Shown here in pieces: positions 45,625 to 55,558 of a stretch of DNA of 64,000 bases (position 1 is the first letter of the stretch; each line of letters begins with the position of its first letter). The position numbers and the translations under genes are program-made. The stretch covers positions 1,120,001 to 1,184,000 of the forward strand of contig OZ244561.1 in the NCBI GenBank assembly GCA_965217585.1, written 5' to 3'. The notes below the pieces were generated by a model. It made no database searches. It was not told where the DNA came from and was given only the letters and a program-made list of their open reading frames with translations. This DNA is from Candidatus Latescibacterota bacterium. GTDB lineage: Bacteria > Latescibacterota > UBA2968 > UBA8231.

Positions 45625-47664
45625 ATGCGGTGGCTGGTGCTGATCCTCATCAGCAGCAGTCCAGTGGCGGCGCAGACGCCCTCGGCTTGGGTCATAGGGG
45701 GCACAAGCGGCGAGCCTTGGGCTGAGGCGGTGGAGCGCTGGATCGCCCTCGACGACACGGTGCGCTCCGGGGCGATTCAGCCGCGAGCGATTCCCCTAGG
45801 CCACACGGTTACTCGCCAACTCGTGCGCACCGGCATTGCCACGACCCAGCGCAACCTCTTTGGCTATCGCTGGAGTTTGCACAAGGGGCCGCGCCAGATC
45901 GAGGCCGACACCTTAGAGGTCGGGTGGCACCCGCGCCTGTGGCAGGGGGGCGGAACCAACGCCCTCGCCGCAGAGGTTATGCGCGGGCTAGTCGATGGCG
46001 ACGAGCTAACCGCGGCTTTTACCCACAGGGCACGGGCCGATGGCCGCCCCAACAGCACGCAGTTCATCACGCTCGACTTGGGCGTGCCAGTGCCCATTGA
46101 CAGCATCGTGTTTTTTCCGCCGCAGACCGGGCTGACCAGCGGCAACCAGCGGCAGCGCGAGCTGTTCGCCCGTGCCTATGAAGTTAGCCGGACCAACGTG
46201 CCGGTCGAATGGCTGATCTTTGAGGACGAAACCTCATCAACTGGATCGGCGGGCTACCACCCGCTCGACGAGATTCTCGCCAGCACCTTTGCCAACAACA
46301 CCAGCGTCGTCTCCCTCGCACCGGAGCTGCGCTTTACCCGCTTTCTCCGCTTCAAGTTCGGAGAAGTTTCCACCACGACCTTGCTGGCCGAAATCGAGGT
46401 CTTTGGCCGCGGCTACCCCCAAGAGGCCCGCTACATCTCCGCACCCCATTCTTTCGGCCAAGCCGTGAGCCTGGGACGGGTCGCGTGGAAATTCACTCGC
46501 TATCGCCAATTGCCTTCCGGCGCGATCACCGCCGACCCCACCGCACCGGTGCAGCTAAACTTGCAGACCCGCGCTGGCTTCGACGACGATCCCAAGACGT
46601 ACTTCATCTTCGACGACCTTGGCCGACTGGTGGAAGTAGATGAGAAGACTTATTTCGACTCGCCGCGGGTGGTGGAACGATTTTCCGAGGGGATCGCCGG
46701 CTTCCGGGCCAAGCGCGACGACGACGTAAAAAACTGGAACAACTGGTCGGTCGTTTACCAAGCGTCGGGCGACGAGATCCGCTCCTCTGACGGGGCCGAG
46801 TTCCTCCAGTTTCGCTTTACCATCACCACCGAAGACCCGCTGGCCTTTGGCGTACTCGACAGCTTGGCTTTTGCGGTCTCGCCACTGTTGGCCGACCGCG
46901 CGCTGGCGGAAATTGCCCTCGACGGGCGCGCCGATGCGGACGGGGCCATCGAGGTGCCGCTCGGGGTCGTCCAGCGCTTTGTCTATCACATTCGCACGGT
47001 GGCTGGCACAACCGACCGCGCGGGGTTCGACGGCATCGAGTTAGAGGTCCCTCCGGCCAGCCGCTTCCTCGACCTGACTATCGACGACCAGCCAGCGGCC
47101 GAGGGCGTGGATTTTTCCCTCGCCGCCAGCGACGGGCGGTTGCGCTTTACCTTTCCCACGGCGATCAAGGAAGACAAGGCGTTTCGCGTGCGCTTTCAAG
47201 GCGCGGTCTTCCAGCCATCAGTCTTTTTGGCCAGCCGCCTTTTTAACACCTCGGCGGCGAGCTTACCGCAGTCCATTGAAGCTGGAGACGCCCACGCCGA
47301 CATAGCCAGCAACAGCATCCAAGTCGTCTCCAGCGACGAGGCTTTGGGCATTCTCGGGGCGATTGGGCTATCTGCCCCCGTGGTCTCGCCCAACGGCGAT
47401 GGGGTCAACGAGCAGGTCGCCATTGGATTCGACTTGTTCGGCGTTGCTGGGGGCGCGTTGCGGGTAGAGGTGCGCGACCTGAGTGGTCGTCGCTGCGCCG
47501 CGATTTTGGACGCGCGGGCCGCCGCCGGGCCGTACGCGCTGCGGTGGGATGCGCGGGACGAGCAGGGGAAACTCGTGCCTCCAGGGCTGTACCTAATCCG
47601 CATCGAGGTCGAGGTCGATCGCGGCACCTTCGCCCGCATGCAAGCGGTCGGGGTCGCGTACTGA
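45625..47664 (+). CDS. Secreted discoidin-like protein with C-terminal FlgD-Ig domain (paralog 2)
   Basis: Motifs 'LDLGVPVPIDSIVF', 'EIEVFGRGY', 'SPNGDGVNE' and 'WDARDEQG..VPPGLY'. Confidence 0.8.
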   Translation: MRWLVLILISSSPVAAQTPSAWVIGGTSGEPWAEAVERWIALDDTVRSGAIQPRAIPLGHTVTRQLVRTGIATTQRNLFGYRWSLHKGPRQIEADTLEVGWHPRLWQGGGTNALAAEVMRGLVDGDELTAAFTHRARADGRPNSTQFITLDLGVPVPIDSIVFFPPQTGLTSGNQRQRELFARAYEVSRTNVPVEWLIFEDETSSTGSAGYHPLDEILASTFANNTSVVSLAPELRFTRFLRFKFGEVSTTTLLAEIEVFGRGYPQEARYISAPHSFGQAVSLGRVAWKFTRYRQLPSGAITADPTAPVQLNLQTRAGFDDDPKTYFIFDDLGRLVEVDEKTYFDSPRVVERFSEGIAGFRAKRDDDVKNWNNWSVVYQASGDEIRSSDGAEFLQFRFTITTEDPLAFGVLDSLAFAVSPLLADRALAEIALDGRADADGAIEVPLGVVQRFVYHIRTVAGTTDRAGFDGIELEVPPASRFLDLTIDDQPAAEGVDFSLAASDGRLRFTFPTAIKEDKAFRVRFQGAVFQPSVFLASRLFNTSAASLPQSIEAGDAHADIASNSIQVVSSDEALGILGAIGLSAPVVSPNGDGVNEQVAIGFDLFGVAGGALRVEVRDLSGRRCAAILDARAAAGPYALRWDARDEQGKLVPPGLYLIRIEVEVDRGTFARMQAVGVAY

Positions 47665-47674
47665 TGGAGACACT

Positions 47675-50032
47675 ATGAAAACTCTACTGCTAGCAGTTGC
47701 TTCCCTCCTGCTTATGGCCGCGGCGAGCGGCCAGAACCTGCGCTTTGCCGGGTCCGACTTTGCTTCTTGGGCCCATCCGCAGGGGCTGGTCGAGGTCTTG
47801 CCGCAAGGCATTGAGGTGAAGCGCTTTGAGCAGCGGTTCAACGCGGTGGCCAACGCCCGCGAGTTTTCCTCTAAGGCCATCGGCGACTACGGGCAGCGCT
47901 TTGTGCGCACGCCGTCCAACCAGCAGCAGGCGGACCTGGCCGGCGACCAAGACCCCAACACTTGGTGGCAGCCCGACCCGGACACCCCGGTGCAGTTGTG
48001 GTGGCTGGAGCTGGACTTGGGGCGCACCGTGGTGGCCGACAAGGTGCGCGTCCGCTTTCCCAACCGCGAGGAGGCCAAGCCCTTTAGCTTTTTCTCGGTG
48101 TACGTCAGCCCGGGCATTCCGGTCTTCGGCGGCCGGGCCAAGCGCATCGTCTATCGCCGGCTGGGTAGGCCGGTCAACAACAACACCGAATCACTAGTCG
48201 AATTTGACCTCACCACGACCGGCCTCGCCTCGGCCACGGGCGAGTACCTGAGCGCGAGCGAGGTCCTCGACTTCGACATCGTGCGCTTTGTGCGCTTTGA
48301 AGCGGCCGGCGCAACGCCCGATGCCGCGCTCGCCGAAATAGAGGTGGACGGCATTGGCTTCAACCTCTCCTCCATGGTGCAGACCGAAGATCGGACCGAG
48401 CACTGGGGAGGACGGACGTGGACGTCCAAGCACCGCGACTGCCAAGGCTGCGGCAAGGGCAGCGGGTCCCAGGCCCTCATCGACCAAGACGTGGGATTTC
48501 GCGGGTGGAATATCGAGGGGTCAGACAAGGGCAACTGGCGCGATTCAGGCGTCTGGTCCGTCGTCGATTTCGGCAACGTCTTCCGCGTCGATCGCCTCAT
48601 CTGGATGCCGATTGTGTCGGGCCGCGGCCCGTTCCTCTACGGATTCCAGCGCGACAAGCAGGGCAGTTGGCCCAGTTTCGATTTCTTCGCCTCCGACGGC
48701 ACCCCCAGCAACAGCGCCGATCCAGTCGTCGAAGGCCCTTTCCACTACGACTTGCTGTCGTCCGTGGCCAACTCCGGCCGCTATCTGTTCGACTTCCAGT
48801 TCGAGCCACGCGCGTTGCGGCTGCTGATGTGGCGCGTGACGCGGCCTCAGCAGTTCCACCGCGCCGTCCAGCTCTTCGTCTTCCACAGCGAGGGCTATCC
48901 CGTGCAAATCGAGCTGGAGTCCGCAGACATTTTCCTCGGCGGCGCCCGCAGCATGCGCTTCGTCGAATGGGACGCCGACCTGCCGCCCGGAACCCGCATC
49001 GAAGTGGAAACCCAGACTGGCAATGGCTTTCAGACCATCAAGCGCTACTTCCTAACCAACGGCAAAGAAGTAACTAAACAAGCCTACGAGGCGGCCAAGT
49101 CCCGCAACCGAGCCGACATCGTCGAGGAACGGGTGCGCGACGACACCTGGAGCGCGTATAGCCAACCCCACCGGTTCTCCGGGCAGGCATTCCTCTCGCC
49201 GTCGCCACGGCAGTGGCTGCGGGCACGGGTGCGGCTCATCAGCGACGATCCAGCGGCCTTCCCCACCCTGCGCTCGCTCACGTTTGTGGCCAACGCGCCG
49301 ATAATCACGGCTGGACTAACGGGCCGCGTCTTCCCCCGCGAAGCCCCCATGGACACCTTGCAGATGTTTCGCTACACCATCGCGCCGGTGGCCTTCAACA
49401 GCCGCGACGCTGGGTTCGACCGCGCACTCATCCTCCTCCCGCCCGGCGGCGGCCGTGACGCCGCATTTATCGGCGCATCCGTAGGAGGAGCCGAGGTCGC
49501 GGCCACCGGCTTGGTGCGGGGAGATTCTCTCTTAGTGGAACTGCCGCCGCCGCTGGTCCGGCGGGATTCGGTCGCCATCGCCTTTTCCACGCGCCTGTCC
49601 CACAGCCCCACGGTATTTAACGCGTTCGTTTTTAACTCGACCGCAGAAGATAACCTCCAAGGCGTTGTCCCCGCCGAGTTCGGCGCTGACTTGGTCTTCG
49701 TGCCCGAGGCGGTCGCCAGCGGCTCGTTCATCCGCAATGTCGAGCACACCCGCTCGATAACCCCCAACGGCGATGGCGCAAACGACCAATGCGAACTGCA
49801 ATTCACCATCGTCAAGACTGAGCAAGCACCGCAAGTACAGATCTTTACCCTAGATGGCCGGCCCGTGGTCGAACTGGCTAGCCAAGGCACACCGGGGCGG
49901 CGCTTCTACTACGTCTGGGACGGACGGAGCGCCGACCGCGCAGTGCCGCCCGGCATCTACGTCCTGCGCATTGCCATAGAAGCCGATGCCCGCGCCGACC
50001 GCGTTTACAGGCTTGTACATGTCGTTTATTAA
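47675..50032 (+). CDS. Secreted protein with two discoidin-like modules and C-terminal FlgD-Ig domain (paralog 3)
   Basis: Motifs 'LDLGRTVV', 'VDFGNVFRVDR', 'TPNGDGAND' and 'WDGR.....VPPGIY'. Confidence 0.8.
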   Translation: MKTLLLAVASLLLMAAASGQNLRFAGSDFASWAHPQGLVEVLPQGIEVKRFEQRFNAVANAREFSSKAIGDYGQRFVRTPSNQQQADLAGDQDPNTWWQPDPDTPVQLWWLELDLGRTVVADKVRVRFPNREEAKPFSFFSVYVSPGIPVFGGRAKRIVYRRLGRPVNNNTESLVEFDLTTTGLASATGEYLSASEVLDFDIVRFVRFEAAGATPDAALAEIEVDGIGFNLSSMVQTEDRTEHWGGRTWTSKHRDCQGCGKGSGSQALIDQDVGFRGWNIEGSDKGNWRDSGVWSVVDFGNVFRVDRLIWMPIVSGRGPFLYGFQRDKQGSWPSFDFFASDGTPSNSADPVVEGPFHYDLLSSVANSGRYLFDFQFEPRALRLLMWRVTRPQQFHRAVQLFVFHSEGYPVQIELESADIFLGGARSMRFVEWDADLPPGTRIEVETQTGNGFQTIKRYFLTNGKEVTKQAYEAAKSRNRADIVEERVRDDTWSAYSQPHRFSGQAFLSPSPRQWLRARVRLISDDPAAFPTLRSLTFVANAPIITAGLTGRVFPREAPMDTLQMFRYTIAPVAFNSRDAGFDRALILLPPGGGRDAAFIGASVGGAEVAATGLVRGDSLLVELPPPLVRRDSVAIAFSTRLSHSPTVFNAFVFNSTAEDNLQGVVPAEFGADLVFVPEAVASGSFIRNVEHTRSITPNGDGANDQCELQFTIVKTEQAPQVQIFTLDGRPVVELASQGTPGRRFYYVWDGRSADRAVPPGIYVLRIAIEADARADRVYRLVHVVY

Positions 50033-50045
50033 GAGGGAGTGCACT

Positions 50046-52691
50046 GTGAGACGTCGAATCTCCACACTACTAATTTGTCTATTCGCTTGGACGCCGCCGC
50101 AAGAGGCCAGCGCCCAACGCGCCACTGGGTACGACAATCCCTATTACACCACAGGCGCTGAAGTCTCTCCGGCGACCCTCGTGCCCTCGGTGCGCAAGTG
50201 GTATCTGCCGCAGCGGCTGTACTCGCTGTACGACTGGCGGCAAGAGCAATACTCCAACTACGCCCGCGACCACTACGAGCGCTACACCGATGTCTTTTTG
50301 GAAGGCTCGCCGTTCTACGACGTGTACGGCGATTACATCACCCAAGGCTGGCTGGTGTACGACTGGACCGAAGACTACCCAGAAGACAACGGCAGCATCA
50401 TTACCAAAAATCCGCGCTTTCGTTCGTGGTTCAACAACCTGCTCGTATCGTCGAGCCATTCCGGGGAGTTCTACTCGGCCCTGATGGTCGGCGACGGCAT
50501 CCGCACGGCCCTGACCCCCCTGACGTTTTCCAAGCCGCGCTTCGACGGCATTCAGTGGGACCTTATAACCGACAAGTACGCCCTGACCATGCTATCGTCG
50601 CGGGTCAGCAACACTGGCGAAATTTCCTCCAGTGAAGTCGGGGGTGGCGTCCAGGCCAATACCTTCACCACCCTGATGGCCGCTAGGGGACGGGTGCAGG
50701 TCGGGGATTTTGCCGCCCTCGGCGCGACCTTTGTCAATGCGGCGCATCGCAACTCCAACCTGCCGTTTGGCGACAACTCGCTCAGCGGCTTGCTCAGCGG
50801 CCCAATGAACTCGGACTTTGTGCGCTCCATCGTCGTGCGCATTTCCGACGATTCGCCCGAAGACGGCGAGGGTGGCGCGCTGCTGTCGCGCTGGCGCATC
50901 TTCATCGATGGCGTCGAGCACACCGGAGACATCGTCCCCGTGGTCGAAGGCGGCATTCGCCGCGGCGGCGCGATTGTGGCCAGCGGCACGGATGTCATCA
51001 CCCTGACCTATAACATCGAAGACTTCTCCCCGAGTACAGAAGACGCCATCGACGATTTCCGCGAGATCAAGCGCATTGAAATCGGCCTCGTACTGGCCAA
51101 CGACTACAAGGTCGAAGTAACCTCCAACAAGCAAACCAACAACCTCGGCACGCCCGTATTCCTGCCGGTGTTGCGCGCAGCCGGCAACGTCAAGGATGGC
51201 TCGAATCAGGCATTTCACCGGTTCAGCTACGGCCTGCCGACCGGGACCCGCATGTTGGGCTTCGACCTCGCCATTGCCGACCTGCAAGGCTTTGACTTCC
51301 GGGGCGAGTTCGTCCGCAACTTTCAGTACCGCCGCTTTCCCAACGAGAACGTGGCCAAGAATCAGACGCTGGCCACCAACGAGGCCCAAGCCCTGTACGC
51401 GACCGCGCAGAAACGCAACTATCCCTATACGTTTTTCGCCGAGGTTTTCAGCATCGACTCAGATTACTCCACCCGCGCCTTTATGCCCAACGCCGAGGGA
51501 CACGTGTATTACGACAACGAGCAGCGGCACCTGTACGAATTCGTCGATGACAACGACGATCAGGACGAGCTGCCGGACTGGCCGCGGCGCACGTTCGGCA
51601 GCCGCGTCAACACTCGGCAGGGGCAGAATCTGCTGACCGACGCCGCGGTCTTCCCGGGCATTGACGAGAACAACGACGACATTTCGGATTTCAACCGGAA
51701 CTTCAACACCCAGCCCGACTACGCGGAGCCGTTTCTGCGCTTTGAGGTGGACCCGCCGGAATTTTTGTTTGGCATGGACATGAACAGCAACGGCGTCATC
51801 GACCGCTTCGAGGACGACGGGGAAGCCGATTACCCCTACAAGCTGGGCCGCCGGGGACTCAACACCTATGCAGCCGTCGAAATCCTGCCCCGCACGACCG
51901 TCATGGTTGGCTATCTCGACCAGCGACTGCTAGATACGGCCCGGGAAAACCAAGCTGCCTACCTGCTGCTGACCGCGAAAAAGGAATTTCCCGCAAAGGA
52001 TTTCAGCGCGTGGCTGATTGCCAATCCGCGCAAGGTCCGAGACGACATTCCCGACGATGTGCTGTTGTGGCGCGACCTGCCCGGCACGCGCGGCCGTTCG
52101 GTCTTCACCCGCGACCTTCTGCCAGCACGCGACGCCTTCGTCAATACCACGTACCTCGAAGTACACTACGACCGCTACCTGCCATTGACGGCCAAGGTCA
52201 AACACGAATTCTATCAGCAATTGGGGAATCAGCAAGACGAGTTGCGCGACCAGAGCTTCTTGGGCATCGTCGTCAAAGGCGAGTACTCCACCCACATTCG
52301 CGGCTGGACTATGGTGCCCAAGTGGAAACAGCTTTACAACAACGAGGTGCCGGCGCAGCGCAGCGCGCTCAAAATACGCGAGCTAACGGAAATTTTCTCG
52401 CTGCAAGCCGTGCGCCGCATCAACCGCAACATGCGCTTCATCGCCGGGGCCGAGTGCGAGCTGTTCAACAATCTCCGCCCCAAGCCAGACCCCCTGCCCT
52501 CGGGCTACCTCCTCGACGGCACCACGTGGGTACTCGCCGGCCAAGTCGCCAACGACTCCGCGTACTTGGGCTATGCCCTGACGGCCAATGTCGGCGCGCG
52601 CTGGATCCGCAACAACCTCGACGGGTCGCCGGCTTCGTCCGAGCTGCTTTCCTTCATCACGGTGTACGCGGGCTTGGGCACGGAACGCTAG
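50046..52691 (+). CDS. Large exported protein, putative outer-membrane beta-barrel with Asp-rich Ca-binding loops
   Basis: GTG start after GAGGGAG and a signal peptide. Motifs 'FSKPRFDGIQWD', 'DDNDDQD' and 'DMNSNGVID'. Amphipathic strands end 'FITVYAGL'. Confidence 0.65.
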   Translation: MRRRISTLLICLFAWTPPQEASAQRATGYDNPYYTTGAEVSPATLVPSVRKWYLPQRLYSLYDWRQEQYSNYARDHYERYTDVFLEGSPFYDVYGDYITQGWLVYDWTEDYPEDNGSIITKNPRFRSWFNNLLVSSSHSGEFYSALMVGDGIRTALTPLTFSKPRFDGIQWDLITDKYALTMLSSRVSNTGEISSSEVGGGVQANTFTTLMAARGRVQVGDFAALGATFVNAAHRNSNLPFGDNSLSGLLSGPMNSDFVRSIVVRISDDSPEDGEGGALLSRWRIFIDGVEHTGDIVPVVEGGIRRGGAIVASGTDVITLTYNIEDFSPSTEDAIDDFREIKRIEIGLVLANDYKVEVTSNKQTNNLGTPVFLPVLRAAGNVKDGSNQAFHRFSYGLPTGTRMLGFDLAIADLQGFDFRGEFVRNFQYRRFPNENVAKNQTLATNEAQALYATAQKRNYPYTFFAEVFSIDSDYSTRAFMPNAEGHVYYDNEQRHLYEFVDDNDDQDELPDWPRRTFGSRVNTRQGQNLLTDAAVFPGIDENNDDISDFNRNFNTQPDYAEPFLRFEVDPPEFLFGMDMNSNGVIDRFEDDGEADYPYKLGRRGLNTYAAVEILPRTTVMVGYLDQRLLDTARENQAAYLLLTAKKEFPAKDFSAWLIANPRKVRDDIPDDVLLWRDLPGTRGRSVFTRDLLPARDAFVNTTYLEVHYDRYLPLTAKVKHEFYQQLGNQQDELRDQSFLGIVVKGEYSTHIRGWTMVPKWKQLYNNEVPAQRSALKIRELTEIFSLQAVRRINRNMRFIAGAECELFNNLRPKPDPLPSGYLLDGTTWVLAGQVANDSAYLGYALTANVGARWIRNNLDGSPASSELLSFITVYAGLGTER

Positions 52692-52730
52692 GTTCGATTT
52701 CACCTGTGGTTTAAGAAAGGAGTATGGATC

Positions 52731-53723
52731 ATGGGCAACTCGGGTAACAACCTCCTTATAGGGTTTCTGGTCTTCAGCGTTTTGTTTTTTGCGGTGGCAT
52801 TGCTCGTGGGGCATGACGACGTGGACGGTGCGGACAGTTTGGCTACATCCGCTTCAGGCACGGCGCGCGGGGACCGTCTCACCCTCGAGAGTCGGCAGTT
52901 GCGGCTCGTGTCGACGGTGTGGTCGCCGTTCACCAACGCGCCAGGACAGCCGCGGTTCGCCCTCAATCTGGTCGGCGAGGCGCTCCGACGCGTGGGGATC
53001 ATCGCCGAAACGGTCATCGTGGACGAGGCCAAGTTTACTTCCTCACTGCTGAGCGGCGAGTTCGACGGGAGCGCGGCCGTGTGGAAGTACGCGGAGCGCG
53101 AACCCGTGCTGATTTACTCGCAGCCGTATGTCTGGAACCGGTTGATCCTCGTCGGGCGGCAGGGCAGCGACGTGTCCGCGACCTCGCTGGCCGACCTCGC
53201 CGGCAAACGGATCGCCCTAGTCGCCGGGTACGTGTATGGCGAGGAAGTCGAGACAACGGACGGGCTGCTCATCGTTGGCTCGACCGGCGAAGAGGACAGC
53301 GTCGCAAAACTCCTCAACGGTGAGGTGGACTACACGCTGATGGACGACTTGGTCGTCCAGTACATCCTCAGCAACTACGAAGAAGAAGCTCAAACGCGGC
53401 TGGCGTTCGGCTCGACGCCGCTGCTCACACGCTCGCTTCACCTCGCAATCCGCCGGTCGCTTCCAGACGCCGAGTCGATCATCTCGCGGTTCAACGCCGA
53501 GCTGCGCGGCATGATCGCCGACCGCACCTACCATCGCCTGTTCCACCTCGAATGGATTCAAGCGGACGTCGATGGCGACGGTCGCAGCGAGCAGGTCCCT
53601 TACAACGACCAAGTCGGCCCGCGCCCGCCGGAGCATTCCTACAAGCTCTCCGCGACGGGCAGTCCGACCGCGAGGCCCGGCACGACGCAGCGTTTCTACT
53701 TCATTCGAGCAACCCAAGGCTGA
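52731..53723 (+). CDS. Family-3-like substrate-binding domain protein with a borrowed N-terminal anchor
   Basis: Motifs 'WSPF', 'YSQPY....L', 'SLADLAGKRIALV.GY.YG' and 'FN..L..M..D.TY'. Confidence 0.75.
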   Translation: MGNSGNNLLIGFLVFSVLFFAVALLVGHDDVDGADSLATSASGTARGDRLTLESRQLRLVSTVWSPFTNAPGQPRFALNLVGEALRRVGIIAETVIVDEAKFTSSLLSGEFDGSAAVWKYAEREPVLIYSQPYVWNRLILVGRQGSDVSATSLADLAGKRIALVAGYVYGEEVETTDGLLIVGSTGEEDSVAKLLNGEVDYTLMDDLVVQYILSNYEEEAQTRLAFGSTPLLTRSLHLAIRRSLPDAESIISRFNAELRGMIADRTYHRLFHLEWIQADVDGDGRSEQVPYNDQVGPRPPEHSYKLSATGSPTARPGTTQRFYFIRATQG

Positions 53724-53739
53724 TGCGGGACTGACCCAG

Positions 53740-54462
53740 ATGTTTGTGCCAGTGTCGATGTCCCTGCTGTTTTCGTTTCTCTTCGCCCTGCCCGTGACCT
53801 GGGTGTATCGCTGGACTCGGCCCCGCAAGAAATACAGCCAGGCCTTTGCCCAGACCCTCCTCGTCGTGCCCATTGCGATTGCCCTCGTCGTGTTTCTCGT
53901 CAAGGACAGTGTCGCCCTCGCCTTCAGTCTCGCGGGCATTGTCGCTGCGGTTCGCTTTCGCACGTCGTTGAACGAACCCATGGATGCCACCTATATGTTC
54001 ATCGTCATTGGCATCGGGTTGGCGGCCGGTATCCAGTACGGTTCAGTGGCGATCCTGGCATCGGTGGCTTTCAATACCGTTGCACTTGGCGTCTGGCGCA
54101 TGAACTGGGGAGCAGAGCCTGCGGTCCTATCCGGGTTCAAGTTGGTGCGTTCGGCCAAGGAGGGGTCGTTGACCGGTGTGAGCGGCGCACAGGCGGGTAA
54201 AGCTCCCAAACCGTATAATGCCAGGCTCAGGGTACACACGACGCAGATCAAGGCGGCGCAGCAGGCCGCTGTTGCGCTCCTGCCGACCTATGCCAAGCGC
54301 TGGCAGCAGGTGCGGACTGTAAAACAGAAAGACGGCACTGCGATAGTCGAGTTTGACGTTCGGCTGAAGAAAAAAACGGATCCGGCCGCTTTCACCGCAG
54401 CGCTTGAAAAAAGCGCTGAGGGGCATACCCGCAAAGTGGAGTTGGAAGGTATGGGTAAATGA
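53740..54462 (+). CDS. DUF4956-like membrane protein, N-terminally truncated copy
   Basis: 'ALAFSLAGIVAAVRFR......DATY.F..IGIGLAAG'. It lacks about 100 aa present in the 58705 paralog. Confidence 0.75.
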   Translation: MFVPVSMSLLFSFLFALPVTWVYRWTRPRKKYSQAFAQTLLVVPIAIALVVFLVKDSVALAFSLAGIVAAVRFRTSLNEPMDATYMFIVIGIGLAAGIQYGSVAILASVAFNTVALGVWRMNWGAEPAVLSGFKLVRSAKEGSLTGVSGAQAGKAPKPYNARLRVHTTQIKAAQQAAVALLPTYAKRWQQVRTVKQKDGTAIVEFDVRLKKKTDPAAFTAALEKSAEGHTRKVELEGMGK

Positions 54463-55475
54463 GCAGCCGGGGTAACAACTTCCTGATAGGGTTTCTGGTC
54501 TTCAGCGTTCTGCTTTTTGCGGTGGCATTGCTCGTGCGGCAGGACGCGGCGATCGATTCCGACGTGGACGTGCAGCATCATAGCACAGCAGGGATCGCAC
54601 ATGCGAAGGAGGACGAGGCAATCGATTCCAACGTGGATGCCGCGGACAGTTTGGCATCCACATCCGCTTCAGGCACGGCGCGCGGGGACCATCTCACTCT
54701 CGCGAGTTACGACCTCGAAAAGCCGGCGCGGTATTTCAAGCTGCCGAAGCGGTTGCGGGAGATTTCCGGCTTGGCCATGCTCGCCGAGAACCGACTCCTC
54801 GCGCACGATGACGAAAGGGGCGTGGTAGTAGAGATCGATTATCGCGATGGTTCGATTGTAAAGGCATTCGCACTCGGCGGTCGGCGCGGTCCGGTCGCCG
54901 ACGACTTCGAGGGCATCGCCGCGGCTGCCGGTCGCATATACCTTGTCTCGAGCTCAGGACGGTTGTACGAGTTTGGCGAAGGTGCCGACGGGGAGGCCGT
55001 TCTCTACAATCTGTATGCAACCGGCATTGGACGAGATTACGAAATAGAGGGACTCGCCTACGACCCGGACCAACGAGTGCTGTTGCTCGTCAGCAAAAAC
55101 CCCAAAAACCCCGGGCAGGCGGGCCTGATAGCGATATATCGCTGGTCCGTCGATACCAAACAGCTCGTCGAGGATGGCCGTATCCTCCTAGAGGCCTCCG
55201 CGCTGGCGCGCCGCATTGGCAGCAAACGATTCCAACCTTCGGGCATCGAGCGGCACCCGGTATCGGGAAACTACTTTCTCGTGGCTGCCCGCCAGCGCGC
55301 CGTTGCCGAGATTACCCCACAGGGACAGATTCTCGCCGTAGCCGAACTGGCACCCGGTCGGCATCCGCAGGCCGAGGGCATTTCCTTTGCTTCCGACAAT
55401 ACCTTGATCATAGCCGACGAAGGGGCGGGGAAGCGCGCACGCCTGAGCTTCTACCCCGTTGCAAAGGGCCGCTAG
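54459..55475 (+). CDS. SdiA-regulated (YjiK-like) beta-propeller protein
   Basis: Motifs 'LREISGL', 'HDDE', 'DFEGIA', 'EGLAYD', 'PSGI', 'QAEGI.F' and 'ADEG', plus an N-terminal TM. Confidence 0.8.
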   Translation: MSSRGNNFLIGFLVFSVLLFAVALLVRQDAAIDSDVDVQHHSTAGIAHAKEDEAIDSNVDAADSLASTSASGTARGDHLTLASYDLEKPARYFKLPKRLREISGLAMLAENRLLAHDDERGVVVEIDYRDGSIVKAFALGGRRGPVADDFEGIAAAAGRIYLVSSSGRLYEFGEGADGEAVLYNLYATGIGRDYEIEGLAYDPDQRVLLLVSKNPKNPGQAGLIAIYRWSVDTKQLVEDGRILLEASALARRIGSKRFQPSGIERHPVSGNYFLVAARQRAVAEITPQGQILAVAELAPGRHPQAEGISFASDNTLIIADEGAGKRARLSFYPVAKGR

Positions 55476-55558
55476 CGGCGCGCAAAAGAGCGACAATCTG
55501 CCGGCGCATTGGATGGGCAGGACGTACAGTTGACAACCCCAAAAGCGAAGGAGTTTCC

